Shown: positions 20,043 through 28,694 of the stretch, piece after piece
How positions within the stretch are numbered: the stretch's first letter is position 1
How the letters are laid out: every line of letters begins with the position of its first letter
Virus record (IMG/VR): IMGVR_UViG_3300021255_000108
Span: 128,001-165,734 of that record
Strand: one strand, 5' to 3'
DNA length: 37,734 nt
DNA from: a virus
Taxonomy: Duplodnaviria; Heunggongvirae; Uroviricota; Caudoviricetes
Notes under the pieces: model-generated
Told to the model about the DNA's origin: nothing
Seen by the model: only the letters and a program-made list of their open reading frames with translations
Database searches by the model: none
Program-made: the position numbers and the translations under genes

Positions 20043-20231
20043 ATGATGAGAGCAATGTATAAGCGTGATCGTTTCGTCACTGCGTGGGATTTAAATTCAT
20101 CTTGCCGTAGTTACCTTTGTTTTCAGACTGGCAGTAAAGGTCTCTTTTCTAGATTGAAGCGTTATGCGCGCAAGCGTCAGCGCACTGAAATGCGCGATGC
20201 CCTTTACAAGGAGGCTCGGGAGGCGGACTAA
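20043..20231 (+). CDS. Small basic hypothetical protein
   Basis: Promoter 19975, AAGGAG RBS; hairpin at the stop. Confidence 0.7.
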   Translation: MMRAMYKRDRFVTAWDLNSSCRSYLCFQTGSKGLFSRLKRYARKRQRTEMRDALYKEAREAD

Positions 20232-20350
20232 CCGCCTCCCCGGAAGCCCAGCAAAATGCACAAAAACAATTCCAATTTTTTTACTTGACTTTTCGTATCC
20301 AATGGCTTATAATACATAATGTCAAGGGGATGAAGACCCCGCCCCACAAT

Positions 20351-20436
20351 GGGTGTGAGTGCGATCGGATAATTGCAACGCCGCTCGTCGGTAAGGACTC
20401 GGTCCTAAGTGGGTTCAACTCCCACCACATCCACCA
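20351..20436 (+). ncRNA. tRNA-like RNA with G3:U70 acceptor and non-canonical anticodon arm
   Basis: GGGTGTG/CACATCC-A-CCA acceptor, GTGGG-TTCAACT-CCCAC T arm, long variable arm, upstream promoter at 20285. Confidence 0.7.
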
Positions 20437-20520
20437 TTAAAAAATTTTTAAAAACCCCTTGACAAAATCCTCTACATCGATTATAATTAACTCACAAACG
20501 AACAGAAAGGATATAAAATT

Positions 20521-20727
20521 ATGAAATTTGTTATTAAAAGAACCTCTTCTAATGAACCTTATGACGATATAAAAAATTTTGAAACCATAGACCAACTGCT
20601 GAAGTTCAGAAAGCAAGTAAAGCATGATTTGATTATTACTAATAATTTCTTTTATAAAGAAAATTTTGTTCCTGAAATTGCCGATATCCAATACGAGATT
20701 GAAATTTATGACGCTTATCGTGAATGA
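20521..20727 (+). CDS. Hypothetical protein
   Basis: Promoter 20459, AAGGA RBS. Confidence 0.75.
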   Translation: MKFVIKRTSSNEPYDDIKNFETIDQLLKFRKQVKHDLIITNNFFYKENFVPEIADIQYEIEIYDAYRE

Positions 20728-20811
20728 ACCCCTTGACAAACCCTAAAACCTATGATACAATAAACTCACAAACGGTGAAGCCACCACCTAAAAAGCAGAA
20801 AGGGAAACCAA

Positions 20812-21186
20812 ATGACAAAGATGACTTATGTACAGGCTCTTGAAATCGCTATCGCTGAAATGTCCAACGGTGGTCAGGTAGACGCAGAACTCGTTCCTGT
20901 AGTAGAAAAGCTGACCGCTCTGCGTCAGTCTTACATCAATCGCGCTGAGAAGGCTAAGACCTACGAGCGCAAGCCGTCCAAGGTAACGCAGGAGAATGCC
21001 AAGCTGAAAGAGCAGATTGTCAATTGGCTGGCAGAGCAGAAGGAAGCCTTCACTTCTGCGGAAATCGCTGAGGCGGTAGGCATTGGGGTGCGGACTGTGC
21101 GCGCTCTGCTTCCCCACTGCGAACAGGTTGAGGCTGTGCGCATCAGTTCCAAGGTAACAAAGTGGCAGGTTAAGGAGGAGGCGTAA
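20812..21186 (+). CDS. Winged-helix DNA-binding protein, paralog 2
   Basis: MTKMTYVQALEIAI; FTSAEIAEAVGIGVRTVRALL HTH. Confidence 0.8.
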   Translation: MTKMTYVQALEIAIAEMSNGGQVDAELVPVVEKLTALRQSYINRAEKAKTYERKPSKVTQENAKLKEQIVNWLAEQKEAFTSAEIAEAVGIGVRTVRALLPHCEQVEAVRISSKVTKWQVKEEA

Positions 21187-21311
21187 GCCTCCCCTACCCC
21201 GCCCGGGAGACCAACAAGATGCACAAATTTTGAATCGAATTTTTGGTATTGACTTTTCACGCTTAATGCTTTATAATACATAATGTCAAGAGACGAAAGG
21301 AGTTACACCAA

Positions 21312-21455
21312 ATGACAGAAATCGTATACGTAGAACTTTGCGCAGAAGCATTTAAAATGTTTTGCTATCTCAAAGCGTATGGAGTCAAAGGCGCAATAGA
21401 ACAGTTAGATAAAGAGGAAAACGAAAATAAAGAGGAAAACGAAAATGTGGATTGA
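21312..21455 (+). CDS. Small hypothetical protein (47 aa)
   Basis: Promoter 21249, AAGGAG RBS; contains an 18-bp tandem duplication (KEENEN x2). Confidence 0.6.
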   Translation: MTEIVYVELCAEAFKMFCYLKAYGVKGAIEQLDKEENENKEENENVD

Positions 21456-21594
21456 AGATTTAATTCAAGCGTTATCCGCGCTATCTGATACGCCACTGAA
21501 ATGGTCTTGTTGTGTAGAGAAGATTGAAAACGGCGTTATTACAATGACTGATGGACAGAAGTTTTTGGTTTCAAATTTGAAAGGGGAAAATTAA
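21445..21594 (+). CDS. Small hypothetical protein (49 aa)
   Basis: GAGG RBS, MWIEDLIQAL; overlaps the previous gene. Confidence 0.6.
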   Translation: MWIEDLIQALSALSDTPLKWSCCVEKIENGVITMTDGQKFLVSNLKGEN

Positions 21595-21596
21595 TA

Positions 21597-21791
21597 ATGG
21601 AAATGATGAAGGTTATTAGAGATGCTGAAGCAGGTACTTTCAACGGTGAACCTACCTACTGCACAGTAAATGCGATTGGCGATTGTCCCTATTGTGATAG
21701 TAAACTTATCTGTCACATTGATGACCCCATTGAAGATTGTGATGATTTTAGAGCGTTTTTCGACACTTGGGAGGATTGGTGGCTGGCGTGA
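21597..21791 (+). CDS. Small Cys-rich acidic protein
   Basis: C...CPYC....C.......DC pattern. Confidence 0.7.
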   Translation: MEMMKVIRDAEAGTFNGEPTYCTVNAIGDCPYCDSKLICHIDDPIEDCDDFRAFFDTWEDWWLA

Positions 21792-22000
21792 AAATTTGGA
21801 TTTTGATGCGGTTGGCTGATGAAGATTGGTCTTTTGAAGGCGCATTTTATAACCCTTGTAGGGCATTGCGCAAAGCGATTGAAATACAAATCCGAGAGGG
21901 ATACAAGGGGGATGTTAAAGTATCGTATAGTAGCCCCACCTACGAACGATATTTAATTGACAATGCTGAATTTGAAATTACACAAACGACAATACAATAA
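21788..22000 (+). CDS. Hypothetical protein
   Basis: GGAGG RBS; GTG overlaps the upstream TGA. Confidence 0.65.
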   Translation: MKIWILMRLADEDWSFEGAFYNPCRALRKAIEIQIREGYKGDVKVSYSSPTYERYLIDNAEFEITQTTIQ

Positions 22001-22035
22001 AAAATGCAGGATTGATTTTTCAATCCTGCATTTTT
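22000..22035. terminator. Bidirectional terminator
   Basis: AAAAATGCAGGATTG-ATTTTT-CAATCCTGCATTTTT. Confidence 0.75.
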
Positions 22036-22398
22036 GTTTTGGCCGGCGCGCCCACGGTCGTGGGCGCCATTACTCACGCACTCCCTCCATTATACCATTT
22101 TTCCGAGCGATTTGTCAATTGGCAGATTCACCAAAGATTTGCCCGAAACTTTGTGCGCATTAACAATAGACAGATTTTCGTTTATGCTGTATAATGACTA
22201 CGTCAGCTGAAGGGAACGACAGCAGACGCCGAGGTAAGGACGTAAGGTCAAGCAAGGCACTTCAAAAAAACTTCAAAAAAGTTTTGAGAAACCCCTTGAC
22301 ACAACGCTGAATCGGTGGTACAATAAGTAAGCAATGAGGGACAGCAAGTCCGCTCGGCACGACACTCAAGAACTTCACAAGAGAAAAGGAGAAATACT

Positions 22399-22770
22399 AT
22401 GGAAAAAATGACTTATGTTCAGGCTCTCACCAATGCTATCAACGCTCTGTCTGCTATGGAGGGCTACGCTGAGACTGTCGCCAAGCTGGACGCTCTCAAG
22501 GTTGCTACTGAAAAGCGCAATACCACCAAGTCCAAGGCTGAAGTCGCCAAGGCTGATGCTGATGCTGAACTCGCGGAAAAGGTGCTGGAAGTCCTGCGGT
22601 CTGCTACTGAGGGCGTAACTGTCAGCGAGCTGAAGGATATGGATGAGACTTTCGCTGAGCTGAAGGTCCAGCGTCTGTCCGCTATCGTTCGCAAGCTGAT
22701 GCAGAACGGTCTTGTTGAGCGTTACGAGTTTAAGCGCAAAGCCTACTTTCGCGCGGTAGAGAGGGCGTAA
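22399..22770 (+). CDS. Winged-helix DNA-binding protein, paralog 3
   Basis: MEKMTYVQALTNAI; VTVSEL...KVQRLSAIVRKLMQNGLV...KRKAYF. Confidence 0.8.
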   Translation: MEKMTYVQALTNAINALSAMEGYAETVAKLDALKVATEKRNTTKSKAEVAKADADAELAEKVLEVLRSATEGVTVSELKDMDETFAELKVQRLSAIVRKLMQNGLVERYEFKRKAYFRAVERA

Positions 22771-22894
22771 GCCTTCTCTAACCGCCCCGGGGGCCTCGGC
22801 AAAACGCACAAAAAAGAATCTTGTTTTTTAGTATTGACAAAATCTAAAACCTAATGTATAATTAGTCCATCAAATGAAGTGAGGTAATTAAAAA

Positions 22895-23566
22895 ATGGCT
22901 ACTGAAAAAATTCTAATGCTCGACACTGAAACGACTCGTATGATGCCCAATCAAATTCAGTATGACTTTGGCTATGCCGTCACAGATCGTAGTGGCATTA
23001 TCTATGAAGAGGGTTCTTTTGTCAATAGCGATGTCTTCTATGGAATGGCCGATGAAATGCAGAGCGCCTATTACGCAAATAAGATTCCTAAATATCGTGA
23101 CGAAATTTGGGAGGGCAAGCGCATTGTAGTCGATACTTGGCAGTTAAAGAAAATCGTTGAAAATGTGCGGGAAAGATGGAATATTAAATATATTTGCGCA
23201 TACAATATGATGTTCGACTTGCGCGCTTGTAATAACACCATCAAAGCAATTACAGACGAAAAATACAAGTATTTTTTCCCTTATGGTATCGAACTGTGGG
23301 ACGCTTGGAAAATGGCACAAGATACAATCTGTAAGCAGAAAGGGTACATCAAGTTTTGTGAAGAAAACGGATATATGACAAAACACAAAACACCTAGAGT
23401 ACAGACAAAAGCAGAAGTCGTTTACAAATATATTACCAAAAATAATGATTTTGTTGAAGACCATACAGGACTTGAGGATGTGCGCATTGAAGTTGCAATA
23501 ATGGCTAAGTGCTTTAAACTGCACAAGAAAATGCGGAAAAAACTTTTCAATGACAAGAAGGCATAA
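22895..23566 (+). CDS. DEDDh (DnaQ-like) 3'-5' exonuclease
   Basis: ExoI LDTETT, ExoII AYNMMFD, ExoIII HTGLED. Confidence 0.85.
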   Translation: MATEKILMLDTETTRMMPNQIQYDFGYAVTDRSGIIYEEGSFVNSDVFYGMADEMQSAYYANKIPKYRDEIWEGKRIVVDTWQLKKIVENVRERWNIKYICAYNMMFDLRACNNTIKAITDEKYKYFFPYGIELWDAWKMAQDTICKQKGYIKFCEENGYMTKHKTPRVQTKAEVVYKYITKNNDFVEDHTGLEDVRIEVAIMAKCFKLHKKMRKKLFNDKKA

Positions 23567-23876
23567 GCCTTCTTTTTTTAAACCCAAAGTTTAGTAATAC
23601 TAAACCCGCCCGGGCGTCAAAAAACATTGTGAATCTTTGTACAATTTGACGGTTGTGTTTTTTATTGGGGTATAGTATAATACTCAATGTCAGGAGGGCC
23701 AAGACCTTCTGAGACAGCCCTCAAAAAACTTTGAAAAAAGTTAAAAAAGGGGGTTGACAAAAGAAAAAGAGTGTGATAGAATTAAGTCACAAGGTGAGGG
23801 AAGCAAACCCTAGGCGCTCAAAAGCCTAAACGCTTCTAGCAGGTCAAAAGACAGAACATAAAAGGAGAAAAAAATT

Positions 23877-24242
23877 ATGACTAAGATTACTTACATCGCC
23901 GCTCTGAACGCCGCTATCGAAACCATGACCAAGGCTGAGGCCGATGCGGGCTACATCGCTCGTCTGAACGACCTGCGGGATACCATTGAGCGCAGGAACA
24001 AGGCTGACCGCAAGCCGACCCCCAAGGAGATTGCCAAGGCTGAGGCTGATGCCGTTCTGATGGATGACATCGCCAAGCTGATGTCTGATGGTGAAATGCG
24101 GGCTGTGAAGGACATCGCCATTGAGTTGGAACTGTCTTCTGCCAAGGTCTCGGCCATTGTGCGGAAGATGGTTGACGCAGGACGGATGGATGCCATCAAG
24201 GTCGGCAAGGGTCGCACTCATCTGTACAAGGTGGCAGGTTAA
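23877..24242 (+). CDS. Winged-helix DNA-binding protein, paralog 4
   Basis: MTKITYIAALNAAI; AVKDIAIELELSSAKVSAIVRKMVDAG. Confidence 0.8.
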   Translation: MTKITYIAALNAAIETMTKAEADAGYIARLNDLRDTIERRNKADRKPTPKEIAKAEADAVLMDDIAKLMSDGEMRAVKDIAIELELSSAKVSAIVRKMVDAGRMDAIKVGKGRTHLYKVAG

Positions 24243-24278
24243 TCCTGCCCCTTGCTTCTGAAAGGAGAAAATGATATT

Positions 24279-24491
24279 ATGATAGTAAAAAAGGATATTT
24301 TCTTAAGTGCGCATGAATGGTCTAAACTGTTTAGTCTGCGTGAACAGTTGCGAGAATTTAGTAATGATTTGTGGGATGATGCCGACGAAAAAGAATTGTC
24401 AGGCGAACCGCAGTTTCTAAATTTGGTAACTTCTCTTGAAGATTCACTCGATAAATTAGATTTTGTACTTGGGAACTATATAGGGGGTTAA
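24279..24491 (+). CDS. Hypothetical acidic helical protein
   Basis: AAGGAG RBS, ATG 24279; terminator TATAGGGG/CCCCTATA-like hairpin. Confidence 0.7.
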   Translation: MIVKKDIFLSAHEWSKLFSLREQLREFSNDLWDDADEKELSGEPQFLNLVTSLEDSLDKLDFVLGNYIGG

Positions 24492-24841
24492 AATCCCCTA
24501 TTTTTTTATATCAAAGTTTACTCCTGCTAAACTTAAAGTTTAGAGCGGGCCGGGCGCCTGCGGTCGCAGGCGCCATCATTCGCACTAACCCTCTATTGTA
24601 GCATTTTTCGCATCAATTTGTCCATCGTCAAAGCGCACACACTTTTTCCTGAAACATTGTATAAACTGACTATTGTGTTTCTTATGGGGTAGTAGTATAA
24701 TACTCAATGTCAGGAGGGAAAGAACAAAAAAACTTCCTCAAAAAAAGTTTGAAAAACCTCTTGACAGAACGCCATCAAGGTGCTACAATTAACTCACAAA
24801 CAAGAGATGCCACCTCTTAAAAAGCAGAAAGGTTTTACACT

Positions 24842-25219
24842 ATGGAAAAGATCACTTATGTTGTTGCTCTGAACACCGCTATCGCTCGTCTGAATGACCT
24901 TATGGAAGATGACCTTGCCCCTACGATTGAGAAACTTGTTGACCTGCGGAATGCCACCATCAAGCGTAACACGAAAAGTGATAAGCCGTCTGCTAAGGAA
25001 GTGGCAAAACAGAACGCTGATGCGGAACTCGCAGAGAGCGTGGTTAAGGTTCTTGAGGGCGCAACAGAGCCGATGACTGTTACGCAAATTAAGGACGCAA
25101 GTGAAGATTTCGCAGAAGTCAAGGTTCAGAAACTGTCTGCGATTGTGCGGAAACTGATGATTGATGGGACTATCGTGCGCAATGAGGTGAAGCGCAAGGC
25201 TGTTTTCAGCCTTGCGTAA
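24842..25219 (+). CDS. Winged-helix DNA-binding protein, paralog 5
   Basis: MEKITYVVALNTAI; MTVTQI...KVQKLSAIVRKLMIDG...KRKAVFSL. Confidence 0.8.
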   Translation: MEKITYVVALNTAIARLNDLMEDDLAPTIEKLVDLRNATIKRNTKSDKPSAKEVAKQNADAELAESVVKVLEGATEPMTVTQIKDASEDFAEVKVQKLSAIVRKLMIDGTIVRNEVKRKAVFSLA

Positions 25220-25357
25220 CCCCTTTGGGGCACGCCCCGGGAGACTTAATTCTGCACAAAAAACTTTATGGATATTGATGCAATATTACGTCTTGTAAAT
25301 CCTAAGAAAAAGAGTATAATAATCAATGTAAGGACAAGAAAGTGAGGAGAAAAAACA

Positions 25358-26026
25358 ATGTTGACATTCTATGCTAATGGTGAAGAAAGACGTGTATGCT
25401 TTACAGATATTGATAAGAAAACTGATTCTGAACTTGCTGAGGCTTATTACGATTGCGCATTAAAATTATTTGAAGCTCTTTTTGATGAAGCTATTCACGG
25501 TGGTAGTACGTCTAAAAGAAACAAGTACATTAATGCTTGCTATCGTTTTTATAACATTTTTGATACAGTCAAAGAATTTTATCAATATAATCATAATACT
25601 TTTTATATTAAAGATAGATTTACGATTAAATCTCGTTCATCTAAATCTCGTTCATCCCTTTCCACTCCTGAACAGTCTAGAAAAGGTGCTTTTAAAGATG
25701 GTATTAATTATGACGCTCCTGATGAAAAAGGTTTATACTTTATTGGCAATACTGTTTTTAATCCAATTACGCACCAAGAATTTTATTGGGTAAAAGTGGG
25801 TATGACGGCCCAAACTCTACAGAAAAGATTAAGACAATATAATACTTCTAATCCGATGATGTGGCGCATTGATTATAAAGAAAATGCTGAAAATGAAGAA
25901 AGTTATTATCATGCTCGTTTAAATCAAGTTTGTATTGCGACTAATGGCCACAGTGATGAATGGTTTCTTGTAAATAGAGAAACTTATTTTGAAATGTGTA
26001 ACAAAGGCTTTCATTATTTTGATTAA
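25358..26026 (+). CDS. GIY-YIG superfamily (T5orf172-like) domain protein
   Basis: C-terminal GLYFIG...VKVGMT...RLRQYNT...E...H...EWF. Confidence 0.7.
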   Translation: MLTFYANGEERRVCFTDIDKKTDSELAEAYYDCALKLFEALFDEAIHGGSTSKRNKYINACYRFYNIFDTVKEFYQYNHNTFYIKDRFTIKSRSSKSRSSLSTPEQSRKGAFKDGINYDAPDEKGLYFIGNTVFNPITHQEFYWVKVGMTAQTLQKRLRQYNTSNPMMWRIDYKENAENEESYYHARLNQVCIATNGHSDEWFLVNRETYFEMCNKGFHYFD

Positions 26027-26132
26027 TTAAAGCGGCTATACAATTTACACAAAAATCGGTAAATTTTTTCTACTTGACTTTTTGCCGATTGTGTGATATA
26101 ATTAATTCAGAAAGAAAAAAGGAGAGAAGATT

Positions 26133-26567
26133 ATGGAAAAGAAAATTCAGTATCCCACAAATGAATGGCTTGAAAAGTATGTAGAAAAACACGACTGCGG
26201 TTTAGAAGACGCTGAATGCGCGTGGTGGGATGCGCAGATTGACAAGGGCAACCCCACTCCCTACGACCTTGATGAAGAGGGCGAGAAAAACGTTAAGGAA
26301 ATTACCAAAGGTATGGCGCGCAAGGTTCAGAACACTGTAGATGCCTTTGGCAAGAAGCGGACGAGAGAGCGCAAGCCCAATGAAGATAAGCGCAACATCA
26401 TTGGTGCGTTGTATGATGGACTTATGAGTTACTTGATGGATAAGAATGGCGGCCATTTAAACAACGCCAATATTAGCAATGTTGAACGACAGGTAGATTT
26501 CACCTATAATGGAGTTGAATATTCTGTCACTTTGACGGCACATCGACCGCCGAAAGAGGGAAAATAA
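26133..26567 (+). CDS. Hypothetical protein
   Basis: Promoter 26074, AAGGAG RBS, terminator AAAGAGGG/CCCTCTTT. Confidence 0.8.
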   Translation: MEKKIQYPTNEWLEKYVEKHDCGLEDAECAWWDAQIDKGNPTPYDLDEEGEKNVKEITKGMARKVQNTVDAFGKKRTRERKPNEDKRNIIGALYDGLMSYLMDKNGGHLNNANISNVERQVDFTYNGVEYSVTLTAHRPPKEGK

Positions 26568-26745
26568 TCCCTCTTTTTTGTATAATTTTACCTATTGACA
26601 ACCCGGGCGGGATGTGGTAAAATGACAGCGGGCCGGGCGCGGGCGCTTCGGCCCGAGTTTGTTAAATTTTTAACATATGGCAATTTTTCTGTCGAAACTC
26701 CGAGCGTTATCATATGGCCGATTTTTTCCCGAAAGTGTGCCGATC

Positions 26746-27090
26746 GGTGTAGCGTAGCTACACCTATCCATATGCCGCTTTGCTTCTTACATCCACACAC
26801 GCATTTACATCTGCGCGTGTAACGCGCAGTAAAAAATTTACGTTTCTACTTCCACACAATGCGTAAGTATACACACGCGCATACATATTGTATGCGCGTA
26901 ATGCCTGTCTGTGCCGTCAAAACACCAACGCGTGTGCTTAACGCACACGCACATACTATACACTCATCAATATACGCAACACATACACGTAATACGAACA
27001 TAGCGCAGGCACACGCCTGCGCTTATACGCGTGCGCAAAGGCGCACGCCCAATTTTTTACTGGAGTTGTACACACAATCGACGTGTACAA
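26746..27090. repeat. Array of seven perfect inverted repeats rich in alternating purine-pyrimidine
   Basis: Hairpins at 26746-64, 26811-29, 26875-99, 26930-50, 27002-23, 27029-48 and 27066-90. Confidence 0.85.
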
Positions 27091-27517
27091 ACCGCGCACT
27101 CTTGCGAAGTAACTGCGCAGCCTCTCATATGGCGTTTTTTCTGTTGAAAGTGCCTTAGCACGGTGACGGGTGCCCGATTGAGCCTCAGCGCATATAAAAA
27201 ATAGCAGCGCGACGCTCGCCCACACCGATTGTGTGTGCGGAGACGCCTCTCCTCCTTATTTTGCTAGCAAATTGCGCAGAAAAGTGGTAAAATGAACAAG
27301 ATTTCAGCGCATTTTCCTTGATATATCTACAATTAACAACAAATATTGACTGATATTACAAAAAAACAAGCCCCGCACCCCAATTTTTCTGGCTTTTTCA
27401 TAAAAAATATGATATAATTATAAAAAAAGACAACTTTTTTATAAAAAATTTGAAAAAATTGAAATATTTTGTTATAATATCAATAGAAAAATAAAGAAAG
27501 TGAGAAAAAATAGGCTT

Positions 27518-27958
27518 ATGGTAGAACTTACACCACAGAAACGTGATGACTTAATGAATAATTTTGTTACAACAGTCGAATTCGCAGACCCTGCTACATA
27601 TGAAGAACTCGCCGCAGAATTTACTCATTACGCCGATAAAATCAAGAGTGAAAGCAGAGAAATAATTGCGCTCAAGGATTACATCCAAGAAATTGCTGAC
27701 CGAGCCATCAATAGCACTATGACCGATAAAGATTGTCTATTCCTACTCAATAGATATCTCAAGAGCAAGAATATGACCACTACACTCACTGCCCCAATTA
27801 AGACAGTAATTGTATCACAAGAGAAAGAGGGCAATACAGCATCAATAGTATTGAAAGATAAAGACGTAGAAAAGTATTCAATAAAGATTACAGATAAGAA
27901 CAAAGATACAAATACAGATGACCAAATCCTTCGAAATTTCATCAACGAACTACAATAA
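27518..27958 (+). CDS. Hypothetical protein
   Basis: ORF after TATAAT boxes (start GTG 27500 or ATG 27518); GACGGGAC-GCAA-GTCCCGTC-T5 terminator. Confidence 0.75.
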   Translation: MVELTPQKRDDLMNNFVTTVEFADPATYEELAAEFTHYADKIKSESREIIALKDYIQEIADRAINSTMTDKDCLFLLNRYLKSKNMTTTLTAPIKTVIVSQEKEGNTASIVLKDKDVEKYSIKITDKNKDTNTDDQILRNFINELQ

Positions 27959-28606
27959 CTAACGGACGGGACGCAAGTCCCGTCTTTTTACGACAACGAT
28001 TGTGAAAAATTTAACAAAGTTTAGGGTGGCGATCGGCGCCTCCCCTCTGACTCCTCAGAACCCAATTTTAACTCTCCAAAAACCGATTTTGACTCTTCAG
28101 AACACAATCTTTACAGAATTTTAATTCTCCAAAACCCACATCTTTTAAACTCCGTATCTCTCTAATATATTCTCGCTCTCCATCAAAACCTAATCAACAA
28201 TAGAAACCTGCTTCTCTTCTTTCCTCTCCATCTTCCTCGGCTTACACTACTTAACAGTACCACTTGCCGCATCAAAAGTGCCAACAATCATACCCAGCCA
28301 ACAAACAACATTATCCTCAACAATTAAATAATACTTTTTTTTATTGCGCTCTTCCTTTGACAGCCTCCAATAATCTTTCCTCTTAATGCGCTCAAGGCCA
28401 CATTGATTTTCCATATATCCAATACCCCATTTTTTGTTTTCATTTTTCCAATGAGATTTTTAGTTTTTTGAAATCATTTTTTCTTTTTTTAAAATCGTTT
28501 TTGCCCCGCCCCTCTGGGGCGGGCGCAGGGGACGACCCCGCAGGGGTTGTTCCCCGATTAGGTCCCCAACGATTAAGAAAATGATTAACCCCTATGATTA
28601 AGATTT

Positions 28607-28694
28607 GGTTGCTCAGATTTCCATCGTAGGTTGCTCAACTTTCCATCGAGGGTTGCTCATTTTTCCACTTCGAAGGTTGCTCAGATTTCCACTT
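28607..28694. repeat. Four iteron-like direct repeats GGTTGCTCAnnTTTCCA (putative replication origin)
   Basis: Starts at 28607, 28629, 28651 and 28675 (spacing 22, 22, 24); adjacent GATTAA x3 and GC hairpins at 28503-28555. Confidence 0.8.

Larger units (their letters stand above)
13672..26623 (+). promoter_or_regulatory. Array of about 25 near-consensus sigmaA promoters
   Basis: TTGAC(A/T) with a TA(T/C/G/A)AAT-type -10 at 13672, 14048, 14309, 14696, 15291, 15958, 16290, 16641, 17004, 17296, 18423, 18718, 19260, 19813, 19975, 20285, 20459, 20733, 21249, 22296, 22834, 23754, 24761, 26074, 26595. Confidence 0.85.

Noticed and set aside
20351-20436. tmRNA or tRNA-Sec
   Set aside because: Only 86 nt with no tag reading frame; a 7/5 acceptor/T fold and no UCA anticodon.
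17947-25122. Long minus-strand ORFs opposite early genes (e.g. 17947-18468, 22375-22809, 23844-24221)
   Set aside because: Antisense shadows of plus-strand genes that have promoters, RBSs and paralogs.
26588-27225. Track ORFs 26588-26800, 26595-26822, 26859-27158 and 26956-27225
   Set aside because: No RBS, and the His/Thr/Ala/Arg/Cys-rich composition is a by-product of the RY-alternating hairpins.
28180-28430. Minus-strand gene MGYWIYGKSMW...DYWRLSKEERNKKKYYLIVED
   Set aside because: Interrupted by TGA and TAA, not TAG, and no clear RBS. At most a remnant, and not evidence for other recoding.
28607-28694. CRISPR array, or the 61-aa ORF 28605-28790
   Set aside because: Only 5-7 nt separate the repeats. 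The ORF merely translates the repeats and lies antisense to the Rep-like gene.
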